Source of the DNA: Acidobacteriota bacterium
Lineage (GTDB): Bacteria; Acidobacteriota; UBA890; WLXD01
Assembly: GCA_965248695.1 (NCBI GenBank)
Contig: CBDFKD010000002.1
Coordinates: forward strand, 4,160,001-4,224,000
DNA length: 64,000 nt
Direction of reading: 5' to 3'
How positions within the stretch are numbered: position 1 is the stretch's first letter; each line of letters opens with the position of its first letter. This document shows, one piece after another, positions 51,150-64,000 of the stretch. Made by a program: the position numbers and the translations under genes. The notes beneath the pieces are model-generated. The model saw nothing but the letters and a program-made list of their open reading frames with translations. It was not told the origin of the DNA and searched no databases.

Positions 51150-51177
51150 GGCGCGACGGATTCAACGAGGAAAGGCG

Positions 51178-53935
<2,758 letters not shown>

Positions 53936-54117
53936 ATTGCCTCCCAGGGCTGCAGAGTCACTCCCCGCGTAGCACTGCCACCGATTCCACACGCGGGGCG
54001 CGCGTCGTGGGGATCAGACAGGCGACGGGAGCAATCGAGCCAAAGAGCGCTACCACTGCGCCGAACGCGAAGGGATCGGTCGCACGGATCCCGTCCCCTG
54101 GCCGGCTCCCGACGTCC

Positions 54118-54141
54118 TATAGTTGACTTGAAACAATTATA
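54118..54141. promoter_or_regulatory. Imperfect palindrome with TTGACT, putative PadR operator/promoter
   Basis: TATAGTTG-acttgaaa-CAATTATA. Confidence 0.55.
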
Positions 54142-54189
54142 CGGATCGCGCCGTAGACGTGGGTAGGAACGCCACCGGAGATCGATTCT

Positions 54190-54558
54190 ATGCCCGCACC
54201 AACCTCCAAATCGGACGACAGGTCGCTGTCACAGCGTGACTTCCTCATCCTGTTCCAGCTGCTGGATGGCGAGTGCCACGGGTACGGGCTGCGCAAGGCG
54301 ATCGCCGAGCGAACCGACGGGGCGTTGACCCTGGATCCGGCCAACCTGTACCGGGCGCTGCAGCAGTTCATCGATGCTGGTCTGGTGCGCGACGGCGGGC
54401 GTCGTCGAGCGCCGGACTCCGACCGGATGCGGCGCTACTATGCGATCACCGCCTCCGGGCGTGCGGCCGCGGCCGCGGCTGCGGAACGTATGCGGGATCT
54501 GGTGGATGCCGCTGAGGCGAAGCAGCTCATACCACGATCGGTGGCGGGCAGTGACTGA
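54190..54558 (+). CDS. PadR-family regulator
   Basis: FLILFQL..GE.HGYGL.K.I....LDPANLYRAL...RRYYAIT.SGR. Confidence 0.9.
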   Translation: MPAPTSKSDDRSLSQRDFLILFQLLDGECHGYGLRKAIAERTDGALTLDPANLYRALQQFIDAGLVRDGGRRRAPDSDRMRRYYAITASGRAAAAAAAERMRDLVDAAEAKQLIPRSVAGSD

Positions 54559-57280
54559 GCCGTCTTCCGGGTCCCCGTCGTCGCCGATCCCTCGCCCGCA
54601 GCTCGATCCTCCGGAGTCAACGACGCGCCCACTCGGGCTGACGGGCGTTGTCGTGGCTGTCTACAGCCTGCTGGCGCTGACGCTGCCACGCCGGCTCCGA
54701 CGACTGCGGCGAGCGGAGATGATCGAGTTGTTCCAGGACGTGTGGCTGGAGGAAACGCGGGGGCGCGGTACCTTCGCGGGGTTCCGCTTCGCGTTCGGGG
54801 CCGCGGTGCGACTGTTCGGTACGTCGTGGCAGGCCCGATTCGGTCGGGGCGACCGCGGTCCCGCGTCGCCAGGCAGAGGTGGGCGGCGCACCGCCGGCTG
54901 GTTGCAGGACATCCTCTACGGCCTCCGCATGATCCGTCATCGGCCGGGGTTTGCCCTGACGGTGATCGTGACGCTGGCGGTGGCGATCGGGGTCAACAGC
55001 ACGATCTTCTCGATGGTGCGGTTCATGATCTTCGTGCCCATTCCGTTCGACGAGCCGGCCCGGGCTCGTGGTCCTGCGAGGCCGCAATCTCGAGCTCAAC
55101 CGATTGCGCGCCGGATTGTCGCTGCTCGATACGGGGGATCTCGCAGACGCTGCACGCAACCTGGAGGGAGTCGCGCCCTACGTCTCCGGACGCTTCGCGC
55201 TCACCGGCCTCAGGGACCCGGTTCGGGTAGCCGGGATGCAGGTCGGTGTCGACTATTTTCGCGTCACCGGCGTGCGCGCCGTGATCGGGCGGTCCTTTTC
55301 GCAGCGCGAAGCCGAGCTGGGCGAAGCCGTTGTGCTACTGAGCCATGGTGCCTGGCAGCGACGTTTCGGCGCCGACCCTGACATCCTGCAGCGCAGCATC
55401 CAGCTCGACGGGGTCGAGCACCGGGTCATCGGCGTGGTGATGCCTGAGATGGAGTTCGGCAGCCTCCGCGTCGTCGAGGTGTGGACGCCGGTCGTCAGGG
55501 ATCCGTCGGCAGCGCGCGACCAACGCACCTTCTCCGTCATCGCCCGGCTGGCCGAGAACAGCACCCAGGCAGCGGCTCAGGCTGAGGTGACGAGCATCGC
55601 CGCCCGCCTCGCGGCACGTCTTCCGGAGACCAACGCCGGCTGGGACGTCGAGGTCTTCAGCTTGCGCCAATCGTTGCTGGGCGAGAACGCTGCGCGGGTA
55701 CTGGCGATCTTGACCCTGGCGGTGGGGTTCGTGCTTGCCATCGCCTGCGTCAATGTCGCCAACCTGTTGCTGGCGCGGTCGTCGGGCCGTCGCCGTGAGC
55801 TAGCGGTGCGCCGGGCGCTGGGCGCCAGCCGTCTGCGCTTGATGCGCCAGCTGTTGACCGAGAGCGTCTTGCTGGCGGTCGCGGCCAGTGTGCTTGGCCT
55901 CGGGCTGACCCGTGTCCTCTTCGCGTCCCTGGTAGCCGTTACTCGCAGCCGGCTGCCCTTCTTCACCGAGCTATCTATCGACCCGGCGGTGGTGCTGTTC
56001 GCCCTTGGCCTGGCGCTGATCACGCCGATCGCGTTCGCAGTGCTGCCTGCCATCCGTGGTACCGGATCAGATCTTCAGCACAGCCTCAAGGACGGCGGTG
56101 GCGGACGTACGGCGGGCAGACAACGACGTTCGAGCCGCCTGCTCGTGGCCTCGCAAATGGCGCTCGCGCTGATTCTCCTCGTGGTAGCGAGCATGGCATC
56201 GCAGTCGATCATCAAGCTCACCGCGATGGAGCTCGGGTTCGACTCCGAAAGCACGCTGACCCTGATGCTGGAAGCCGGACCTACCGCCGAGCCCCTCACC
56301 GATACGATGACGCTGCGGGAGGTGGAACGCTCGTTGCTGACATTGCCCGCGGTGGCAGCCGTCGGCATTACAAGCCACCTGCCGATCGTCGGCGCCGAGC
56401 CGGATCGAAGCCTGCAGATCGAGGGGGTCGACGAGGAGGCACCCGAGGAGCGACCGCGTGTCGCGACTGTGTTCGTGACCCCGGGTTTCTTCGAGGCCAC
56501 CCGGATTCCGCTTCGGAGCGGGCAACTCTTCGCCGCCGGCGAAGACGCCGCTCCGGCAGTCGTCATCAGCGAGAGGGCTCGCGAGAGCTTCTGGGCGCAG
56601 CGTGATCCTATCGGCACTCGCGTTCGTCTGGGCGAGGACCCGGCGTGGCGCGAGGTGGTTGGCGTCGTTGGCGATGTGCGCAATCCCGATGCCGATCAGC
56701 CGCCGGAGCCGCACGTCTATGTGCCGCTGACGGCGGCTCCAGTGGCGCGGATCGCGCTGATGATCCGCACCGTCGTGGAGCCGGAACGGTCGATCCAGTG
56801 CGCACGGAGCTGTCACGCATCCTCCCGGGCGTGCCGGTCGAGGAGGTGCGAACCATGAACGAGGTGTTGTACGACGACCTCGCCAGCGACTACGCCATCA
56901 TCGGGCTGGTCACCCTGTTCGCGCTCACGGCGCTGGCGCTGGCGGTTGCGGGAACCTACGGCGTGATCGCCTATACCGTGTCGCGTCGGTTGCCGGAGAT
57001 CGGCGTGCGCATGGCGCTCGGCGCGCACGCCGGCGAGGTGGTGCGCATGGTGCTGCGTCAAGGCCTCGCGCCGGTGGCGGCGGGGACGCTCGTCGGTTGG
57101 GCCGCCGGATACGGGCTGTCGCGCCTCATGGCGGGGATGTTCTACGGTTTGAGTCCCCTCGACCCGATCACGTTCCTCGGTATGCCGCTGGCGCTTCTAC
57201 TGGCTGCAGCGCTGGCCTGCTCGATCCCGGCGCGACGCGCGGCACGCGTCGATCCGGTCGATTCGTTGCGTACCGACTAA
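54551..57280 (+). pseudogene. ADOP-type permease with N-terminal extension, apparent frameshifts at about 55063 and 56795
   Basis: Three consecutive frames give WLQDILYG.R, IACVNVANLLLAR and EIGVRMALGA...PARRAARVDP. Confidence 0.85.
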
Positions 57281-57850
57281 CTCGGGTTCGGCACGAGTGC
57301 GGCTACTCTATGTCGATGCCCGCGCCGCCGGTCACCGATTCATCCGTCCCGGAACGCCCCAGCGACAGTCGAATCGTTGCCGCCTGGATCGCCGGCCGCA
57401 AGTAAATCGCCCGACTCGTCGCTGACGGTATTCGAGACACCGGCCGCAATCCCTAGCGGCATGGTGATTCCAACCGTCAGTCGATGCCAGGGAGACCTCC
57501 GGGATCGTTCAATTCCTTTCCACCCAACAACCCAGAGCCACTCCCGACCGTAGTCCTGGCGCGAGGCCGACGACGCCCTTCGCAAAAAGAATGCAGGCGC
57601 AATTACCTTCCTGTTGGTATGGCCGAGTTCTCTTTTTCCGGTCGAGACGTGCCGCCGTCCGCGACGCCGCACCGGTTCTGGCGCTGTAGTCGTGCCCCGC
57701 CAGAATCTGTACCCACGCATTGGCGACGACGCTGAGGGCGGCATCGAGCACTTCAATCGAGAGAACTGGGAAAACCGGCGATACTGGCAGGCGGAGCTGC
57801 AGACGATCAGACAATAGGCGCCGCGCCGGACCGCAACACGGGGATTGCCG

Positions 57851-60643
57851 ATGGATCGAAAGGGGAATCAAGTCGACGAGAAGAGGACCGCGTCGTCGTC
57901 GACGAGCAGCCTGAAGTACACGGAAGAGCTGTCCGTCGTGATCGAGCAGGAGCAACAGTTCCTGCGAGAACGACACGACCGGTTCGGATATGGATCGCCG
58001 GACGAAGTGGCGCCTTGGGGCATGGCGTTCTCCGGCGGGGGCGTTCGGTCAGCCACGTTCTGCCTGAGTGTGCTCCAGCGGCTCACTCATGCAGGCGTGT
58101 TCAAGAAGCTCGATTATCTGAGCACCGTCTCCGGCGGCGGCTACCTCGGCTCTTGCCTGAGCTCCCTGTTGAGCGGTGAGAGTAACGAAGACACGCCGCC
58201 CGGTATCGAGGCAGGCGACTCTCCGTTCGTCGGCTTGAACGAGACCGACGAGTACGTAGAAGAACCTCGTCTCGGCGTGCGCCACCAGATGCATCACCTG
58301 CGTACGCACGGGAAGTATCTGATTCGCGAAACGAAGCTGCTCAGTCGCGATGTCCAACGGGCCGTGGGTGCCCTGGCCGCTGGCGTAGTGCACAACGTGC
58401 TCATGTTCGTCGTGGCGCTCGTCGCCGTCGTCGCGTTTGTCCACCTGTCGCTTACTACTCTCGACGCGGACTTGACGACGCTGGCACCGACAAAGATGCA
58501 GTCGACCTCGGAAGATGGAAGCGCAGCGGAGTCGGGTGCGCCAGCCAACGAAGCGGAGGATGACGCTCCGGCGGACAGCGCGCTTGCCTGCTGCGGGGGC
58601 TCCATCCTCGGCACCGGAGCGCTCTGGACCAGTCTCCGGGACTGGTACGACGCTGGCGTGCACCCGGTTGTCGCAGCGAGCTTGGAGGGATTTTGGAGCC
58701 GGCTCCGGCTCCGGCAGTGGTTACCGGCGCTCTTGTGCGGTGCTCTGTGGACCGGCCTGTGGAGCCTTGGTGGCCTTGTGGTGGTGCGCAGAATCGGTAG
58801 GGCCAAGGGCAAGCCGCGAGCCTCGACGAGATCGGGCTGGAACATCGAAGACCACTACGAATCGAACTTCATCCGCGGGTTCAACGTTTCGTCGCTACTG
58901 GTCGTGGTTGCTCTGACCGTTTGGCTGACTCTCGGGAGGGCCGACCCGTTCCTTCCCGGTTTGTGGATCCCGTTCTGGTTTGCCGCCGGTGGTGCCTTCG
59001 TAGCTTTCCTGGTGCTGAATTACGCCAAGTCGTATGCGCTGCGGAGCCAGCAGAGGCAGGGGGCGGAGTCGATCCACGTTTCCGGTTTCCTGCGCCGGCC
59101 CCTGGCTGGCGTGGAACTGCGCCAGCTACGCACGCTGCGGTCTCTATATTCGGGACTGCAGGGCGCCGCTACGTACGGAATGGTAGCGACGGTGCTTACG
59201 CCGCTCGCGATCATCGTGGCGCTGTCGCTAACGGACCTCAAGTTGCAGTTCTTCGTTTCGCTGTTGTCGGTCACCATCGGCTGGGCGACGGCGCGCGGCC
59301 GCGGCCGGGGCGACACGCGGCTCGGCAGGATCTTCCGCAGCTTGCAAAAACCGCTGACGAATCTGGCGTTGATGGTGTTCCTGATGTTCGCCGGCGCCTG
59401 GGTGTCGGAGTTCATGCTGTGGCAGGTGCGGACCGCAAGCGAGGGGCCCTTCGCCGTTTCGCAGCACGGCTTCCGTGCCGTTCACCTGCTCATTCTCACC
59501 GCAAGCATCGCGCTGCTAATGGCGCTGGGTTGGCTGATCAATTCCAATCGCATATCGCTCCACTATTTCTACCGGGACCGCCTCGCGGAGGCGTACCTCA
59601 AGACCGATGCCCGGAAACCGCGCGGCCCAGATACAAATAGGCAGGGCATGCCGTTGACGGTGCTGCGAAACGACAGCGCGCTGCTGCTGAAAGACTTGGG
59701 CGAAGGCAATGGGCGGGGCCCCTACCACCTGATCGTAACGGCGCTGAATCTCGCCGGCTCCAAAGAGCTCAATCGCAAGACGTTCCTGTCGGAGCACTTC
59801 GTTTTCTCGAAGCACTACTGCGGCTCGCCGATTACCGGATACGTACCGACCGAGCAGTATCACGGCGGACGCACGGAGCTGGCTCGAAGCATGACGATCT
59901 CGGCCGCGGCCGTTGGCTCGGCGATGGGATATCACACGTTCTGGGCCCAGGCGTTCTTCATGACGTTGGTCAACGCCCGGCTCGGGTACTGGATGGACAA
60001 CCCATGGCTGTACCGACCGCGTCCGGGCTCCGATAGCAACAGCGGACCGTACCGGACGCGGTATTGGACCTCTTGGCCGTACTACCTCTGCCTCGAGCTG
60101 TTCGGCCTCACCAACGCCCGAACGCGGCTGGTGAACCTGTCGGACGGCGGGCACACAGGTGACAATCTCGGCCTGTTGCCGCTCCTTCAACGGCGCTGCG
60201 GCACGATCATCGTTTGCGACGCCGAGGCCGATCCCCACCTCGCCTTCGGCTCGTTCAACAATGCTGTGCGCATGGCGTACATCGAGGACAACATCCGCAT
60301 CGAGATCGATCTCACGCCCATTGCCACACGCAAGGAGGAAAACCCCGGCTACCGGCTGAGTCGGAAGAGCGTCGTCACCGACGGCAAGATCCACTATCCG
60401 GACGGATCCAAGGGCAATCTCATCTACATCAAGTCGTCCGTGCCGAAGCCGTCGTCGAAGCTACCGGTTCACGTCGGTAACTACCTCAAGCGCTTCAAGC
60501 GCTTTCCGCACCAATCCACCGGCGACCAGTACTTCGACGATGCCCAGTTCGAGGCCTATCGCGCCCTCGGCGAGCATGTTGCACAGCAAGCAGTGGACTC
60601 GCTGGACACCACCGAGGCGAACAGGGGCGTCAAGTCGTCGTGA
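57851..60643 (+). CDS. Patatin/cPLA2-like phospholipase with a large inserted multi-TM domain
   Basis: AFSGGGVRSA glycine loop, DYLSTVSGGGY nucleophile, LSDGGH catalytic Asp, FPHQST.DQYFD..QFEAYR.LG, many hydrophobic helices between the motifs. Confidence 0.88.
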   Translation: MDRKGNQVDEKRTASSSTSSLKYTEELSVVIEQEQQFLRERHDRFGYGSPDEVAPWGMAFSGGGVRSATFCLSVLQRLTHAGVFKKLDYLSTVSGGGYLGSCLSSLLSGESNEDTPPGIEAGDSPFVGLNETDEYVEEPRLGVRHQMHHLRTHGKYLIRETKLLSRDVQRAVGALAAGVVHNVLMFVVALVAVVAFVHLSLTTLDADLTTLAPTKMQSTSEDGSAAESGAPANEAEDDAPADSALACCGGSILGTGALWTSLRDWYDAGVHPVVAASLEGFWSRLRLRQWLPALLCGALWTGLWSLGGLVVVRRIGRAKGKPRASTRSGWNIEDHYESNFIRGFNVSSLLVVVALTVWLTLGRADPFLPGLWIPFWFAAGGAFVAFLVLNYAKSYALRSQQRQGAESIHVSGFLRRPLAGVELRQLRTLRSLYSGLQGAATYGMVATVLTPLAIIVALSLTDLKLQFFVSLLSVTIGWATARGRGRGDTRLGRIFRSLQKPLTNLALMVFLMFAGAWVSEFMLWQVRTASEGPFAVSQHGFRAVHLLILTASIALLMALGWLINSNRISLHYFYRDRLAEAYLKTDARKPRGPDTNRQGMPLTVLRNDSALLLKDLGEGNGRGPYHLIVTALNLAGSKELNRKTFLSEHFVFSKHYCGSPITGYVPTEQYHGGRTELARSMTISAAAVGSAMGYHTFWAQAFFMTLVNARLGYWMDNPWLYRPRPGSDSNSGPYRTRYWTSWPYYLCLELFGLTNARTRLVNLSDGGHTGDNLGLLPLLQRRCGTIIVCDAEADPHLAFGSFNNAVRMAYIEDNIRIEIDLTPIATRKEENPGYRLSRKSVVTDGKIHYPDGSKGNLIYIKSSVPKPSSKLPVHVGNYLKRFKRFPHQSTGDQYFDDAQFEAYRALGEHVAQQAVDSLDTTEANRGVKSS

Positions 60644-62121
60644 GCACTGACCGACCTCAGTACCCTCCCTACTTCGAGCCGCCGCTGTACCAGCCGAACG
60701 GCGCTTTGGTAGCCGAGAACCCGCAACACGAAGACGTGGTAGCCACCATCGATCGCATTCGCGACCGCGCCGACTACCTGTCGTGCCATGAGGGTGGACG
60801 CTTCGCCGACGACCGCTACACCGGCGGCCGAAATCACTTCCAGGGCCTCCAGCGGCTGCGCCGGGGTCGCCACATGGTGGTTTCCGGCGCCGACCCCGAG
60901 GAGGGCTCGCACCTTTTCGTAGTGCGCCTGGCGTCGCGGCGCGCCAGCGGACCGTGGACCTCGAACGTAACGCTCGGGGAGCATCCGGCGGGCGACGACC
61001 AGGTGTCGCAGGCGATCCTCGTGGACGAGCTCAAAGACGGCCCCGGCGGACTCTGGCATGCCGGCGGCATGGACCTGTGCGGCGATATTCTCGCCGTCCC
61101 GGTGGAGCGTTCCCGGCAGGGCTTCGTGCCCGACCGATCGGAGATCCGCTTCTTCCACACCCGCGATCCGGACCGCATCGAGCGCTTCTCCGACTCCGTG
61201 ACCCTGGCGCGTCCCGGCTTCGAGGCGGGTGCGGTTGCCCTCACCAAGTTGCCCAACGGGCACTTCTTGGTCGCCGCCTGGAGCGACAGCGACTCCGCCA
61301 AGCGACGCTTCGACTTCTACCTGTCCGAGCACCCCGATTTCCTGGGCGGCTTCGGCGGCACTCCGGCGCCGGTTCCGTTCGAGGTCAACCCGCGGATCTT
61401 CAAGAAGTACCAGACAATCAACTTCTTGGTGCAGCAGCCCGACTCGCCGAACGGTGCCGTGCGCCTGTTCATCGCCGGACTGCACAACGACTCTCCCGGC
61501 GCCCCGGTGCTGCCTGGCCGTGACCTGCTGGATCTGTTCGAGGTCCGCTTCCGCAAGTCGATCCTCTACGATGCCAACCCCTTGCTCACGCCGCCGCTCT
61601 GGATCACCCCACGCGGCTCCTCACGCCTGCTCCCGTGCCGCTCCCGCCAGTGCAACATGGACGCCGCTGCGAGCTTGTTCTGCGATCCCTTCGGCGACCT
61701 GTACGTCTACTCGTCGTTCCACTGGCTGGAGGGCGGCCTGATGCGCTTCAACGAGTACCGCCCCGATCCTGTCGCTCGTGGCCCCATCACCCACAAGGCC
61801 GACGCCTGGATCGACCTGTTCGAGCACAACACCTATGGCGGCAGGTCGCTGACGCTCCTCGGCGCGGCGCGCAACATCCGCGACTACGGCCGCATCCGCG
61901 TGCAAGGGGCGCACTTCGACAACAAGGTGTCGTCCATTCGCTGCCAGCTCGCCCCCGGCGACACGTACTGCCTGTATCAGCATCGTCACTACAACAACTC
62001 CCGGGCCGGCAAGACGCTGCGGCTCACCGGCACCGGCGCTATCCAGGAGATCCCCGACCTGAAGGACTGGCACCAGCCCGACGATTTCAACGACAAGGCG
62101 TCGTCGTCACGCTACCTCTGA
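60640..62121 (+). CDS. Hypothetical protein: probable beta-rich N-terminal domain plus C-terminal beta/gamma-crystallin domain
   Basis: GTGA overlap with the patatin gene. Tail has LFEHNTYGG, FDNKVSSIR, LYQHRHY and FNDKASS motifs. Confidence 0.75.
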   Translation: MSTDRPQYPPYFEPPLYQPNGALVAENPQHEDVVATIDRIRDRADYLSCHEGGRFADDRYTGGRNHFQGLQRLRRGRHMVVSGADPEEGSHLFVVRLASRRASGPWTSNVTLGEHPAGDDQVSQAILVDELKDGPGGLWHAGGMDLCGDILAVPVERSRQGFVPDRSEIRFFHTRDPDRIERFSDSVTLARPGFEAGAVALTKLPNGHFLVAAWSDSDSAKRRFDFYLSEHPDFLGGFGGTPAPVPFEVNPRIFKKYQTINFLVQQPDSPNGAVRLFIAGLHNDSPGAPVLPGRDLLDLFEVRFRKSILYDANPLLTPPLWITPRGSSRLLPCRSRQCNMDAAASLFCDPFGDLYVYSSFHWLEGGLMRFNEYRPDPVARGPITHKADAWIDLFEHNTYGGRSLTLLGAARNIRDYGRIRVQGAHFDNKVSSIRCQLAPGDTYCLYQHRHYNNSRAGKTLRLTGTGAIQEIPDLKDWHQPDDFNDKASSSRYL

Positions 62122-62157
62122 GGGCGGGCGGGCGCCGAGCAACCGCGAGGATTCGTC

Positions 62158-62874
62158 ATGATCGAGATTCCTAGTTTCCGCCCCGAGACTCGCTACGGCA
62201 TGCCGCCGGCCGACCACCTGTTGTTCAATCGCGAGTACATCATCGGCTACTCCTACCTCATGCGGCAGGCACGCTGGGCGATGGAGGTCATCGATCCGCA
62301 CAACGCCCGCGTCGAGGTGCAGCGCAACGATGCGTTTCGGGCTGACCTGCGGATTCCCGAGCAGTTCCGCGCCGACCTGGAGGACTATCGCGGCTCAGGC
62401 TTCGACCGCGGTCACCTGATCGCCAGCGCCGATCGCCGCGCCGAGCGGGTGGAAAACAGCGAGACGTTCCTGCTCACCAACATGGCGCCGCAGAAGCCGC
62501 GCTTCAACCGCGGCATCTGGAAGCGGCTCGAAGAAGCGGTTCGAGCGCTGGCCGCCCAGGACGACATCCTCGAGGTCTACACGATCTGCGGACCGCTGTT
62601 CAACTTCCAGGAAAAGCTCACCAAGATCGGCGCCGACATCGTGGTGCCGCACGGCTTCTTCAAGTCCGTGCTGTCGGAGGACCGCCGCGGCAAGCTCAAG
62701 CTGCGGACGTTCGCCATCTCCAACAAAGACGCCGGCGACAAGCAGCTTCGCGACTGCATGAAGCGCGCCGTCGATGTGGAGCGCTGGTCGGGGCTGGCGC
62801 TGTGGGACCGCTTGCGCGGCGCCGCCGCCGATCGACTGCGCGCCGGGAAGGGAAGGATGTGGGCGATGTCGTAA
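62158..62874 (+). CDS. DNA/RNA non-specific endonuclease (NucA/EndoG family), no signal peptide
   Basis: FR.D, DYRGSGFDRGHL, ETF.LTNMAPQ...FNRGIW..LE..VR, GPLF, VPHGFFK. Confidence 0.92.
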   Translation: MIEIPSFRPETRYGMPPADHLLFNREYIIGYSYLMRQARWAMEVIDPHNARVEVQRNDAFRADLRIPEQFRADLEDYRGSGFDRGHLIASADRRAERVENSETFLLTNMAPQKPRFNRGIWKRLEEAVRALAAQDDILEVYTICGPLFNFQEKLTKIGADIVVPHGFFKSVLSEDRRGKLKLRTFAISNKDAGDKQLRDCMKRAVDVERWSGLALWDRLRGAAADRLRAGKGRMWAMS

Positions 62875-62881
62875 CGGCCCT

Positions 62882-63076
62882 CTATTCGACGTCCTTGCTC
62901 AGCACATCCAGCTTCTTCAGGAGCACCGCACCGTTGACGTTCCAGACATGGACTTCCGGTTGGCCGCCCACCTTGCGCGCCATCAGCGAGAGATCAGCAC
63001 GTCCCTTGCGGGCGAAGACCAGAGGGGCCGCGCTGACGCTGATGTAGGTGCCGTCGAACGCTTGCACCCGATCCCT
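62882..63076 (-). pseudogene. Orphan C-terminal gene fragment cut by the IS630-like element
   Basis: Natural-looking RDRVQAFDGTYISV...LSKDVE* begins exactly at the element end. Confidence 0.45.
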
Positions 63077-63274
63077 TAGTGGACCGTAGCAGTTGAACGT
63101 TAAGCGGCGATCCGACGGTTGGGATTCCGCATAGCGCCATTTCACCGGGCGCGGGTCCGGCTGCTGCGCCACCAGATCCTCCAGGAACGCGACGAACTCC
63201 GGGCTCGTGTGCCGGCTCGCGGTCTTTCCGTCCACACAGAACACCGCCGCATGCTGGGGCGCTACGGATCCTTA
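63077..63274 (-). mobile_element. Internally deleted IS630-family derivative (~198 bp)
   Basis: TA at both ends, imperfect terminal IRs TAGTGGACCGTAGC / GCTACGGATCCTTA. Internal transposase-like pieces GKTASRHTSPEFVAFL and PRPVKWRY. Confidence 0.65.
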
Positions 63275-63999
63275 CACGCACTTTCAAGCAGAGCGGCGAA
63301 GTGCTGCCCGTGGATGCGCCGGTTGCCGAGCGTGTGGCGTACGGCAACGAACGATGGGCGGAAGACCTCGTCGCTGCTCGACGTGTCGAGGTCGAGGTAT
63401 ACCCAGCCGCGGTCGAACCCCCCTGGCAACGGTAAGCCACTCTTTCCGATCTGTACCACCTGGGTTGCTGCCGGGAACGGGGACTCTGGCACCTCTAAGG
63501 CTTCTTCGGCGTCCTCGTACGCAACGATCTCGTCCTGGAGGAGCGGGTACCAGGCGTTCTCGCCGAGCTCTCCAAGCTGCCCACACTCGAACGGCTCGCT
63601 ACCAGGGTCGGTGTCACGCCAAACCACCAGCTCGGACACCGTTTTGCGGTTGACGGCGAGGTACCGAGCGCCCCAGGTCTTGCCGAGTGGCTCGCGACGG
63701 TCGGCATGGCTGCCCCTGCCGGTGTAGGTCTCGTAGAAGGTGTCTTTGTTGAGGCGCGGATCGTCGTCGGAGGCTTCCAGGGCCACCAGGGGTGTGGTCA
63801 AGCCGTACTTTTGCCGCTTGTGCACGACGCGAGACTCGCCGGTGAGTGCGTTGGAGTTAGTCGCGACCCCGGTACCGTTGTCGGCGAAATAGCCGCTGTC
63901 GCTCGGGCAGATGGCCGCGCCGTTCTCTCCGAACTCGACGCCCACGGTGTCGACCGTCATGTAGCCGCGTGCAACGCGGTCGCCGAGTGGCTGAGCCAG
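63262..63999 (-). CDS. Hypothetical protein, 5' end outside the window
   Basis: Frame is open to the window edge (RGYMTVDTV...VALEA...DRREPL..WGARY...LVVWRD). Its stop lies in the IS terminus. Confidence 0.75.
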   Translation of the reverse strand: MAQPLGDRVARGYMTVDTVGVEFGENGAAICPSDSGYFADNGTGVATNSNALTGESRVVHKRQKYGLTTPLVALEASDDDPRLNKDTFYETYTGRGSHADRREPLGKTWGARYLAVNRKTVSELVVWRDTDPGSEPFECGQLGELGENAWYPLLQDEIVAYEDAEEALEVPESPFPAATQVVQIGKSGLPLPGGFDRGWVYLDLDTSSSDEVFRPSFVAVRHTLGNRRIHGQHFAALLESACKDP

Positions 64000-64000
64000 G

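Noticed and set aside
57851-62874. CBASS or another named defence system
   Set aside because: No cyclase, STAND NTPase or reverse transcriptase is recognisable in the window.

Overview
High-GC bacterial window, most consistent with Acidobacteriota (five ADOP-type duplicated orphan ABC permeases, five PadR genes, HEAT-repeat genes, many secreted hydrolases). It is a mosaic of housekeeping and accessory genes. These include trmL, a MATE pump, a Cys/Met PLP lyase, frc, a TetR-controlled MMPL/LolA-like/beta-barrel cluster, a GT2 + GT-C pair and three type II toxin-antitoxin modules. Several gene remnants and a ~200-bp IS630-derived element are also present. The best candidates for undescribed systems are: (1) an operon of a multi-pass membrane patatin-like phospholipase, a beta/gamma-crystallin-tailed protein and a signal-less NucA-type nuclease (57851-62874); (2) four tandem divergent MmgE/PrpD paralogues, three with twin-arginine-like leaders, beside a secreted single-chain triple RidA; (3) a portable PadR-partner N-terminal module on permeases and on a TonB-C protein; (4) a CarH-like regulator whose cobalamin ligands are substituted. 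Several small frameshifts suggest sequencing or assembly indels. No rRNA, tRNA or CRISPR array was seen. All family assignments are from motif recognition, not database searches.
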